Assembly (NCBI GenBank): GCA_009691245.1
Contig: SHUM01000006.1
Span: forward strand, 20,399 to 84,398
From: Acidobacteriota bacterium
GTDB lineage: Bacteria; Acidobacteriota; Terriglobia; 2-12-FULL-54-10
Length of the DNA: 64,000 bases
Direction: 5' to 3'
In this document: one piece after another, positions 10,133-18,865 of the stretch
Layout of the letters: each line of letters begins with the position of its first letter
Position numbering within the stretch: the stretch's first letter is position 1
Made by a program: the position numbers and the translations under genes
The notes under the pieces: generated by a model
The model's database searches: none
What the model saw: only the letters and a program-made list of their open reading frames with translations
What the model was told of the DNA's origin: nothing

Positions 10133-10554
10133 CTATGACTCATTCGGATGTGTGGATCATCCCCGGAGTGGTGGCCAGCGGTCTGGGCCAGGGTGCATTC
10201 TTTGTTTCTATTGAGTGGGTGCGTAGCCGATTGACTGAGTTGATGGGCATCCCGCCATTTCCTGGAACGTTGAATGTTCGCGTGGCTCCCCAAATGTGGG
10301 CGGCGTTGTTTGCGCAGCGGACGCGGTTTGACCTGGTCTCCGAGCCCGGCATGGCCGGCAGTTGTCCCGGATATCTCGCGGCGATCACCTTGCGCACTCA
10401 CAGCGAGAGTGTGCAACAAGCATGGGTAATTTTGCCAGAGGTGACGGTGCATACCGATATTTTGGAGATCGTTTCGCAGCATCATCTGCGCAACGTGCTT
10501 GGCTTGAGCGATGGCGACATTCTCGAAGTGATTGTCTCTATGCCGCTCGATTAA
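10129..10554 (+). CDS. Archaeal-type (CTP-dependent, DUF120) riboflavin kinase homologue
   Basis: IPGVVASGLGQGAFFVSIEWVRSRLTELMGIPPFPGTLNVRV and ILEIVSQHHLRNVLGLSDGDILEVIV align by eye with my recollection of Methanocaldococcus RibK (IEGEVVSGLGEGRYFLSL...GFEPYEGTLNLKL ... [26 protein letters not shown]). The GTG start overlaps the ubiX stop (GTGA); ATG 10135 is the alternative. Confidence 0.75.
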   Translation: MTMTHSDVWIIPGVVASGLGQGAFFVSIEWVRSRLTELMGIPPFPGTLNVRVAPQMWAALFAQRTRFDLVSEPGMAGSCPGYLAAITLRTHSESVQQAWVILPEVTVHTDILEIVSQHHLRNVLGLSDGDILEVIVSMPLD

Positions 10555-10576
10555 TTTCTGGTTTGGGAGAATCAAG

Positions 10577-12193
10577 ATGCCTTCAAATGCTCCAACGGAT
10601 GTGATCCCCGTGGTGGACATTCCCACCACGCTGAATATCGCCAGCTATTTCATCGACAGCAATATTGAGCAGGGACGCGGCGGCACAATTGCCATCTATG
10701 AGGAGGGCCGCACCACCACCTACGAGCAGCTTGCCGAGGCCATGAATCGTGCGGGCAACGCGCTGCGCACCTTGGGTGTGGAGCAGGAAAATCGTGTGCT
10801 CCTGGCCATACCGGACTCAGTTGAGTTCGTCGCTGTATTCTTTGGCGCCGCTAAGATCGGCGCCATCCCCATTCCAGTTAATACGGCGGCCAAGCCGGAA
10901 GACCTGCTCTATTTTCTCAACGACAGCGGCGCGCGCGTATTAGTGGTCCAGGATGACCTCTGGCCCGATCTTCAGCCTTTGCTGGCGCAGGCACCAAGCC
11001 TGTTGCATGTTCTGGTCATGCCGTCGGTGCCTGCCCAGTCGCAGATGGTAACGACCGTGCCGCCAATGAAAGCGCACTACGGATTTCATCGCCTGAGCGA
11101 GGCGCTGGCCGCCGCCTCTCCCGCGCTTGCCGCTGAACCCACTTCCAAAGACGACATGGCGTTTTTCCTCTACACTTCCGGCAGCACCGGAGGGCCGAAG
11201 GGCGCCGTGCATCTGCACCATGACATGATTGTCTCCACCGAGCTATACGCGCGCAATATCCTGAAAATTTCAGCCCAGGATATTTTCTTCTCCGCCAGCA
11301 AGCTGTTCTTCGCCTATGGCCTGGGCAATGGTTCCTACTTTGCGTTCGCCGTCGGCGCGTCGGTGGTCTACAATCCACACCGCCCCAAGCCCGAGACCAT
11401 TCTGGAATACATCGAGAAGTTTCGGCCGACGCTTTTTTTCAGCGTTCCAACGCTCTACGCCGCGATGCTTCAGGTGCCCCCAAAACCAGACACCCAGCGG
11501 AACCTCTCCAGCGTGCGCTACGGAGTGTCGGCGGGGGAGGCGCTTCCCGATGAACTGTTTCACCGCTTCAAGGAGCGCTTCAGCGTGGAGATACTCGATG
11601 GCATTGGGTCCACGGAGATGCTGCACATATTTATCTCCAATCGCCCCGGCGATATTCGTCCCGGCACCAGTGGAAGGATCGTTCCGGGATACGAGGCCAG
11701 GATTGTGGATGAAGCGGGAAATGCGCTGGCGCCTGGCGATATTGGAAATCTCTGGGTGAGCGGCGATAGCGCCGCGGCATTCTACTGGCGCAAACACGGC
11801 AAATCCAAGGCCACCATGGTGGGCGAATGGCTGGTTACGGGCGACAAGTATTACGTCGATCCCGATGGCTATTTCTGCTATTGCGGCCGCGCCGACGACA
11901 TGCTGAAGTGTTCAGGCCAGTGGGTCTCGCCGGTGGAAGTTGAGAATGCGATCATCGCTCATCCGAGCGTTCTGGAATCAGCCATCGTCGGCCAGGCGGA
12001 CGAGGACGAGTTGGTGAAGCCCAAGGTCTTCATCGTTCTCAAGAATGGCGCGACAGCGCCAAACGAAGATGATCTGCGGACATTTTTGAAAGGGAAACTT
12101 GCTGGCTACAAAATTCCGCGCTGGGTCGAGATCGTTCCCGAGCTACCCAAAACAGCTACTGGGAAGATACAGCGATTCAAACTGCGTAGCTAA
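10577..12193 (+). CDS. Benzoate/4-hydroxybenzoate-CoA ligase family (aryl-CoA ligase)
   Basis: LYTSGSTGGPKGAVHLHHDM, WLVTGDKYYVDPDGYFCYCGRADDMLKCSGQWVSP and a C-terminal GKIQRFKL. ATG 10577 is preceded by GGGAGA. Confidence 0.8.
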   Translation: MPSNAPTDVIPVVDIPTTLNIASYFIDSNIEQGRGGTIAIYEEGRTTTYEQLAEAMNRAGNALRTLGVEQENRVLLAIPDSVEFVAVFFGAAKIGAIPIPVNTAAKPEDLLYFLNDSGARVLVVQDDLWPDLQPLLAQAPSLLHVLVMPSVPAQSQMVTTVPPMKAHYGFHRLSEALAAASPALAAEPTSKDDMAFFLYTSGSTGGPKGAVHLHHDMIVSTELYARNILKISAQDIFFSASKLFFAYGLGNGSYFAFAVGASVVYNPHRPKPETILEYIEKFRPTLFFSVPTLYAAMLQVPPKPDTQRNLSSVRYGVSAGEALPDELFHRFKERFSVEILDGIGSTEMLHIFISNRPGDIRPGTSGRIVPGYEARIVDEAGNALAPGDIGNLWVSGDSAAAFYWRKHGKSKATMVGEWLVTGDKYYVDPDGYFCYCGRADDMLKCSGQWVSPVEVENAIIAHPSVLESAIVGQADEDELVKPKVFIVLKNGATAPNEDDLRTFLKGKLAGYKIPRWVEIVPELPKTATGKIQRFKLRS

Positions 12194-13605
12194 TTGCCAT
12201 TGCTCTCGCGCTTCTTCTTATTCACTTCAATGCTGAGACGTTTAATTTTCTGATTCAGCGTGGACAAGGGAATCTGAAACCGCTCGGAGGCCTCTGTCTG
12301 ATTGCCCTTGGTGCGGTCGAGCATTTCCAGGATGATGCGGCGCTCGCACTCGTCCATGATCTCAAACAGCGAAGCCTGCGGGCTGCCTCCCAGAGTGGGC
12401 AGCAGTCGCCACAGTTTTTTTCCGGTTTTGAGGATGGCCTCGGGGAGCATCTCCGGGCCGACTTCCTCGCCCGGTGAAAGAATGACGGCGCGCTCGACGG
12501 CATTTTCCAACTCGCGCACATTTCCTGGCCAATCATAATCGAGCAGCAGGCGCAGAGCTTCCTGAGAAAAGTGTCGCGGAGGTTTGCTGTTTTCCGCGCA
12601 GAACTTGCGGAAGAAGTGCTCCGCCAGCAGGGGCACATCCTCACGGCGCGCGCGCAGCGGGGGCAGGGTAATCGTGATCACGTTCAACCGGTAAAAAAGA
12701 TCCTCGCGGAACTTGCCATCCTCCACCATGCGTTGCAAGTCCACGTTGGTGGCGGTTACCACGCGTACGTCCACGTGAATCGTTTCGTTGCTGCCGAGTG
12801 GCATGAACTCGCGTTCCTGCAGAACGCGCAGAAGTTTGGTTTGGGTTTCGACGCCGACTGTTCCAATCTCGTCAAAGAATAGCGTGCCGTGATCGGCCAG
12901 CTCGAACAGTCCTTTTTTGGAGGCCACCGCGCTGGTGAACGCGCCGCGGACATGCCCGAACAGGATGCTCTCCAGCAGGTCCACGGGCAGGCTGCCGGTG
13001 TTGACGGGAACGAAGAGTTTGTCCATGCGCGTGCTGTTGGCGTGAATGGCTTTGGCGATCAGTTCCTTGCCGGTGCCACTCTCGCCCTGGATTAGCACAG
13101 TGGCGCGTGCGGGGGCCACCTGACCCACCAGCTCCAGCACTTTGCGCATGGCTTCGCTCTTGCCGATGATTTCTGTAAACGCGTAGCGCTGCTTCAGCGT
13201 GCGCTTCAGCTCACGATTCTCTTCAGTGAGCCGCTGCTGCCGGACCAGTATGGATATCTCGGCGAGCAGCCGTTCATTGTCCCAGGGCTTGGTGATGTAA
13301 TTGTTGGCGCCGTGGTGGATGGCCTCGACGGCGCGCTCGACCGAGCCATAGGCGGTGATCATCACCACGGCCAGCGCGGGGTTGCTGGCGCGAATCTTTT
13401 GCAGCACATCAATTCCGCTTTGATCGGGCAGCGCGGCATCGAGCAGAACCAGATCGTAGACACGCTTTTCGATCCGCCCCAGCCCCTCTTCGCCGTTCGC
13501 GGCGCTATCGACCAGATAGCCCTCGCTCGAGAGCAGTTCCTCAAGGCTTTCGCGAAGCTGTGGCTCATCGTCAATCACCAGCAACGACCCACGCGATTCA
13601 GGCAT
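12190..13605 (-). CDS. Sigma54-dependent response regulator (NtrC family: receiver + AAA+ + Fis-type HTH)
   Basis: Receiver domain LLVIDDEPQ...DLVLLDAALPD; Walker A GESGTGKELIAKAIH; a GAFTSA variant of the GAFTGA loop; C-terminal HTH (GNQTEASERFQIPLSTLNQKIKRL). Confidence 0.9.
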   Translation of the reverse strand: MPESRGSLLVIDDEPQLRESLEELLSSEGYLVDSAANGEEGLGRIEKRVYDLVLLDAALPDQSGIDVLQKIRASNPALAVVMITAYGSVERAVEAIHHGANNYITKPWDNERLLAEISILVRQQRLTEENRELKRTLKQRYAFTEIIGKSEAMRKVLELVGQVAPARATVLIQGESGTGKELIAKAIHANSTRMDKLFVPVNTGSLPVDLLESILFGHVRGAFTSAVASKKGLFELADHGTLFFDEIGTVGVETQTKLLRVLQEREFMPLGSNETIHVDVRVVTATNVDLQRMVEDGKFREDLFYRLNVITITLPPLRARREDVPLLAEHFFRKFCAENSKPPRHFSQEALRLLLDYDWPGNVRELENAVERAVILSPGEEVGPEMLPEAILKTGKKLWRLLPTLGGSPQASLFEIMDECERRIILEMLDRTKGNQTEASERFQIPLSTLNQKIKRLSIEVNKKKRESNGN

Positions 13606-16600
13606 GAACAGGTTTCCTCAATGCGGGGAATTGCAGTTCGAAGCGGGTTCCCGCGCCGGGCTTGCTCTCCACACGGATCACGGCGGAGTGTTCCTGAATG
13701 ATCCCGTAGGTGACCGCCAATCCCAACCCCGTCCAGTTGGCGGGATCGCGTCCGGGAATTTTCCCCGGCCATTTGGTGGTAAAGAATGGATCGTAAATCC
13801 TGGGCAGAACTTCAGGCGCGATGCCCACTCCAGTGTCGCGGACTTCGACATGCACAGAGCCTTCCTCCGTCCACGTGGTCAGCCGCAGACGACCGCCGTG
13901 CGCCATGGCGTCGCGCGCGTTGAGGATCAGGTTCAGCAACACCTGCTGTAGTTTCCCGCTGTGCCCGGAGATGAGTGCAAGGCCTGGTTCCAAATGCGTT
14001 TCCGTCTGAATCTGCGACGCTCTGAGCGGATGATCCACCAGCAGCAGAGTTTCCGAGATCAATTGGTTCATATCCACCGGAGCGAAGTCCTCAGCCACGC
14101 CGGACGTTGCCGCATCGCGCGGGCCGTTGCCTCGCGAGAGATTGCTGCGCGAGAACTTCAGTAGGCCGTTGACAATCTCCGATGCGCGGAACGTCTGACT
14201 GATGATTCGCTCCACAATTTTGGAAGCCTTTTCCGCAGTCTCGCTCCCGTTGCCGCCAGTAGGCGATGCCGCAGGAGCGTCAGTCGGTCGGTCCTGATGC
14301 GGACGGGCCAACATCTTTTCCAGCGCCTTTTGCAGCATCTGTGCCTGCGTGGAGATGACCGTCAACGGTGTGTTGACTTCATGCGCCACGCCGGCCGCCA
14401 GCAAGCCGATGGAGGAGAGCTTGTCAGCCTGCGCGAGCTGCGACTCCAGAGCCACGCGATCCGTTACATCATCAAACACCATCAGGCGGCCAATGCACTC
14501 GCAGTTGCGCGAAAGCAGCGGGGCGATGGAAATGTTCAGGACACGTTCCTGTCCACTACCGCCATTGTTGTCACCAACGACGCGATAGCGATTGATGTTG
14601 TGGATGCCCATATCTTCGCGGCTGCGGTCGTATTCAGCCAGCAGATCGGCGGGCAGCAGCTCGTGCAGCGGGCTGCCTTTCGCCTGACGGAAGGGCAGGG
14701 GAAGCATCAGCTCGAGCGGTGTATTGATGGCCTCTACGCGGTCTTCGAGATCCACGGCGAGCAAGCCGACGTTGATGGACTCCAGAATGTTTTCGCCGAA
14801 CTGTTGCAGGTCGGCATACTGCCGCGCCTTTTCGGTGAGAGACTCGAGCAGCGAACCACTCTCCAGCGCCAATGCCAGATAACCGCAGAGCGTCTCCACC
14901 AGCGCGACGTCCTGCTCCGGGAGCAGCTCGCCTCCGGTCGTTCGGCCAAGGCCGAGCACGGCCACTAAGCGGTCCTTGGCGCGGCATGGGAAGTAGTACG
15001 GCATTCTCATGTCACGCAGGGACCGGTGCCATTGCGGGTGTTCCCACATCTCTTGATGGATCGGGTCGGAGTCGTCCCGGTCCGCTTGGTCCCATTCCGG
15101 CCAGCCGGGAAAATGCAACCAATCACGCCGCCGCCGCAGGCCCCGCGACCCCGATTCGCCAGCGGATTCTTCCAGCAGGCCGATATAGCCGAAATCAGCA
15201 GTGTGCCCGTCGCCAGCGCTCGCCGATTCCTGCGCGCGAGTGTCCGCGCTCAGTCCGTCGTTCTCCATCCCGCACTCCAGAAATATCTGGTAACCGCCAT
15301 TTGCCGCGGGAATGAATACGGCGGCGCGGTCCAACTCCAGCAACTGCGTCAGAGGATCAAGCAGCGAGCGGACCATCTCCTCCCGGTCCGTATGGCGGCC
15401 AAGCTGATGTCCCAGGTACAGGACGGCCTGACGATAATCATAGCGGTGGCGGAGAAAACTCTCATCCAACTGGCGCTGAATCCAGCTTTGCAGAGGGCGT
15501 AGCAGCAAACCTGTGGCGATCACTGCTGCGATCAACCCCAAGGTTCCCACATCTGGAATGGTGCGGCGGAACAAGTCGCCCGCCAGCGCTGCAGCGCCCA
15601 TGTAGCATCCCACCAACAGGCCGGTGGCCAGCGTCCAGGCTACGCCGCGACCGATGGCAATGTCCACATCGAGAAGCCGGTGGCGCGCCATGGCGTAGGC
15701 CATGCCGGCGGGCAGCGCGATCAGCGACATTGCCGACAACGCCATCCACGGTTGCGCAACGATCCCCAAGAAATATGGGACGGCATAGTTCACCACGAAG
15801 GGAGCCAATCCCGCCAGCGCTCCGCCGAGCACCCAAGCCATCTGCTTCCAAAGCTGGCGGGACCCAGACGGGCGAGAAGTAGCCCTGCGCAGCGCCGCTG
15901 CCAACAGTCCCGTGCCCAGCATGTACATCGCCGCCAGATACCCGGTCTCGATGCGATCCATCCACCAGCTCGAGTCGCTCAAGGGGGCCGAAGCGGATGT
16001 GAGTACTCCGAGCGCGAAGCCAATGTGGAGGAGACCCAGCAACGTGGCCGAAGCGTAAATGCCAAAGCGCAGGTTCCCCGCGCTGGCGGAGGATGCTGGG
16101 CGATTCGCGCCAGCCGATTGCCAGTACGTCAGGCAGAAGTGCGCGAATAGTGCCGGCTGCAACAGCATTGCCGCCGCATCCGTCCAATAGATGAGCCAAT
16201 CCAGTGAGTCGAATTTTCCCGAGTAAGAAAAGGCGAACAGGACAAATGAAGTGAGGCAGTAAAGCACAAATAGCCGCGCCCGCGGAGCCCGCATTCTGCG
16301 CCACAGTACCCATGCGCCCAACATCAGGTAGAACAATCCGGCGATCCACAGAACAGTTTGCAACGGCGTGGAGTCGGCCCGAGCCGCCAGCCTCAGATGA
16401 ATCGTTAGTGGCGCGCCCTCGCGGATGACCGTGTAGTCCACGGCAGTGTCCGGGGTGGCTGCGTAGAGGCGGCGCGTCAATTCCTCCAACGACTTAATCT
16501 GGTCCGTGTGCCCGCCGTTTTGGGTGGCGTAGAGAATGTCGCCACTGCGCACGCCAGCCCTTGCCGCCGGCCCGCCGGATTCGATATTCCTGGCGACCAG

Positions 16601-16753
16601 GCCCAAAGCGGTTTCTGACCAGAGCACGCCATCGGATGGGATCTGAACCGTGCGCCGCTGCTGCCAGTTGGCCACTGCGAGGACCAGCGACACCAGCATC
16701 AACGATGCCAGGAGGTAGCGCGCGACTTGGGGTCTGTTTTCCAGTAGTTTCAC
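13598..16753 (-). CDS. Multi-pass membrane sensor histidine kinase with PDZ-like N-terminal domain
   Basis: 1051 aa. PDZ-like GGPAARAGVRSGDILYA after the first TM segment, then about 10 hydrophobic segments and cytoplasmic GAF/PAS-like regions. The H-box is AAGVAHEVNTPLTVI, with HATPase G-boxes (DTGVGI, GLGLAV). It overlaps the regulator gene by 8 nt. Confidence 0.85.
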   Translation of the reverse strand: MKLLENRPQVARYLLASLMLVSLVLAVANWQQRRTVQIPSDGVLWSETALGLVARNIESGGPAARAGVRSGDILYATQNGGHTDQIKSLEELTRRLYAATPDTAVDYTVIREGAPLTIHLRLAARADSTPLQTVLWIAGLFYLMLGAWVLWRRMRAPRARLFVLYCLTSFVLFAFSYSGKFDSLDWLIYWTDAAAMLLQPALFAHFCLTYWQSAGANRPASSASAGNLRFGIYASATLLGLLHIGFALGVLTSASAPLSDSSWWMDRIETGYLAAMYMLGTGLLAAALRRATSRPSGSRQLWKQMAWVLGGALAGLAPFVVNYAVPYFLGIVAQPWMALSAMSLIALPAGMAYAMARHRLLDVDIAIGRGVAWTLATGLLVGCYMGAAALAGDLFRRTIPDVGTLGLIAAVIATGLLLRPLQSWIQRQLDESFLRHRYDYRQAVLYLGHQLGRHTDREEMVRSLLDPLTQLLELDRAAVFIPAANGGYQIFLECGMENDGLSADTRAQESASAGDGHTADFGYIGLLEESAGESGSRGLRRRRDWLHFPGWPEWDQADRDDSDPIHQEMWEHPQWHRSLRDMRMPYYFPCRAKDRLVAVLGLGRTTGGELLPEQDVALVETLCGYLALALESGSLLESLTEKARQYADLQQFGENILESINVGLLAVDLEDRVEAINTPLELMLPLPFRQAKGSPLHELLPADLLAEYDRSREDMGIHNINRYRVVGDNNGGSGQERVLNISIAPLLSRNCECIGRLMVFDDVTDRVALESQLAQADKLSSIGLLAAGVAHEVNTPLTVISTQAQMLQKALEKMLARPHQDRPTDAPAASPTGGNGSETAEKASKIVERIISQTFRASEIVNGLLKFSRSNLSRGNGPRDAATSGVAEDFAPVDMNQLISETLLLVDHPLRASQIQTETHLEPGLALISGHSGKLQQVLLNLILNARDAMAHGGRLRLTTWTEEGSVHVEVRDTGVGIAPEVLPRIYDPFFTTKWPGKIPGRDPANWTGLGLAVTYGIIQEHSAVIRVESKPGAGTRFELQFPALRKPVHA

Positions 16754-16996
16754 TTAAGCGAATGCGCAGCCTTGACCGAGATCGGGACGAACAATGACTA
16801 GGCAAACTGATTGCACTTCATGTACCAATTATCCGTTGCTTCCAAACTATTTTAACCGATTTAGTATCAATATGTTGATGCCACTCAACAGAGCCTGAAT
16901 GGGCCTTCTCCGGAAAAGCGAATGGTTCCTATGCAAAAATGTAGAAAAGTCTACAAAAATGCAAGCAACGCTTTTTCTGTTATGGCGATACAAATT

Positions 16997-18838
16997 CTAG
17001 AATACGAAATTAAAGCCGCCGCGGAAGGCTCTGGCCGCAGGGAACAAAGTTCCCTGAATTCCACTCGCTGAGCGCACCGACAGATAGCCATCGGCTAGCA
17101 GGTTAGTGAAGTCAGCGATGGCCTCAAACTGGCCTTGGAGGATATTGGGGGAGGGAAGAGGCTGCAGGATATAGACACTAAGATAGGGATCGGCCTGACC
17201 GATGCCGCGATTATAGGGATCGGCGACAGTTATGGCGCGCTCGGGCAACCAGCGATAGGAAGTGATCACGTGGGTGCGTAATCCCGGCATCGTCGAGTCG
17301 ATCTTCAATGCCACGGAGTGACTGCGCTGCATGCGCAAAACTTCCCGAAGCTGCTGCGCGCTTTCGATGACCGGGGCCTCGGTGGAGGCAACCATTGATC
17401 CGGCGTAGCTATACGCGGCAATCAGGGCCACGCCAGGGCTGATCTCCGTGGAGATTGCGGCCCGCGCACCCGCCGAGCGGTAGTTGCCCGCGCTGATGAA
17501 TTGGCGATTGGAGAATGGATCACGCAGCATTCCCGAGGGGAGGACCTCTGCGCCGGAAGCTTTGCGCGGGAAGGCGATGGTCAACGCCGCGTCTTCTAGA
17601 GAATCAAGGAAGAAGGAAGCCTCTGTCCGCATTTGTGTGGCGAACACTGGATCGATCCAATGTTGCTCCCAACTTGCTTCTGCGTGCCGACCGGATTCCA
17701 TGACGGGCGTTCCGTCTACCCCCGCGCTGATCTGCGGAATAGCCAGCCACTGCTCCGCCGCCTGCTTCTGCGTATCCCATCCGGAAGGAATTGCGCGCGG
17801 GCCAATCCCCGCGTAGGAAACGGTGAGCAGTCCGCCGGACGGCGTTGCATATACGACTCGTCCGTACGGGCTCAACTGGAAGGTCTGTCCATTGAGGCTG
17901 AAGGAGTCCAGCAGCGAGCCGAACTCGGCGGTGATAGCGTTCGTAATCTGGCGCTCCTGCGCGTAGCCAAATGTGACGGACTGCACTCTCTCGCCGCTGG
18001 GCGCGTCGGGGCCAAACTGGCTGACCCAGTATTCACGTGGCAGGAAAAGCTGGCGGGCCGTGGCCGTGATATGCGTGGTCGCGCGGTCGCCATCCTGACG
18101 GTCCCAGGAAATATGCAGACTGGTGGCGGGCGTGCCCTGCTTGATACCCGCCGAGCCGGTGAGGCCCAGCGACTGGTTTGCGCCGAGCTGATAATCCATA
18201 TCGAACGATGTTTGCAGGCCAGAGTCATGGCCGAAGCCCGCTCTATCGTCGCCCGCCAGAAGTTTCACGGTGCCATGCAACGCGCGCTCGCGCGGATCAA
18301 TCGAGGCGGCTTCGCCATTGCTGACTGCGACGGACCGGTCTGGTCCATTCTGTTGGAATCGCAACACGGGCCGCGTCGGATGCTGCGCACGCAGAACCCA
18401 CTTCCAATCTTCGCTGGCCTGCTCGATGCTGCTGGGGATCGAAAACTCCACCGACTCGGCCAGCTTGTACAGGCTGATGTCGAGCAGCGCCAGACCACCT
18501 GCTTTTACCGCGATGGCCGTCTTGAGGTAGGGAAGAAAACTGGGACTGACTACTTCCGCCGAGTAGATGCCGGGTGCAAGTTTCGGCACGCTGAAGCGGC
18601 CGGTGGTCTGCGTGGTGGCGCGCGCTACGACGCGTCCCCCAGGCGAGAGGATGCTCACGGGAACCCCGGCCTGTGCCGCGCCCCGACGATCCGTGATCTT
18701 GCCCGCGATGATGCCAAACTCCGTGGCCTCAACGCCGCCGGCGGCCATCGCACTTGCTGGAGCCACCGCCAATAGCGCCAGCAATGACGCTACTTTTGTC
18801 TGGGCACGGAACACGCGCGCGAAATAGTGCAAGCTCAC
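16997..18838 (-). CDS. Outer-membrane beta-barrel-like protein with carboxypeptidase-regulatory-like N-terminal domain
   Basis: Signal peptide ALLAVAPASAMA and a CarboxypepD_reg-like segment (GKITDRRGAAQAGVPVSILSPGGRVVARATTQTTGRFSVPKLAPGIYSAEV). The C-terminus ends in aromatic residues (GGFNFVF), as is typical of OMPs. Confidence 0.6.
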   Translation of the reverse strand: MSLHYFARVFRAQTKVASLLALLAVAPASAMAAGGVEATEFGIIAGKITDRRGAAQAGVPVSILSPGGRVVARATTQTTGRFSVPKLAPGIYSAEVVSPSFLPYLKTAIAVKAGGLALLDISLYKLAESVEFSIPSSIEQASEDWKWVLRAQHPTRPVLRFQQNGPDRSVAVSNGEAASIDPRERALHGTVKLLAGDDRAGFGHDSGLQTSFDMDYQLGANQSLGLTGSAGIKQGTPATSLHISWDRQDGDRATTHITATARQLFLPREYWVSQFGPDAPSGERVQSVTFGYAQERQITNAITAEFGSLLDSFSLNGQTFQLSPYGRVVYATPSGGLLTVSYAGIGPRAIPSGWDTQKQAAEQWLAIPQISAGVDGTPVMESGRHAEASWEQHWIDPVFATQMRTEASFFLDSLEDAALTIAFPRKASGAEVLPSGMLRDPFSNRQFISAGNYRSAGARAAISTEISPGVALIAAYSYAGSMVASTEAPVIESAQQLREVLRMQRSHSVALKIDSTMPGLRTHVITSYRWLPERAITVADPYNRGIGQADPYLSVYILQPLPSPNILQGQFEAIADFTNLLADGYLSVRSASGIQGTLFPAARAFRGGFNFVF

Positions 18839-18865
18839 GATACTCCTCCCCGAATTACGCGATGT

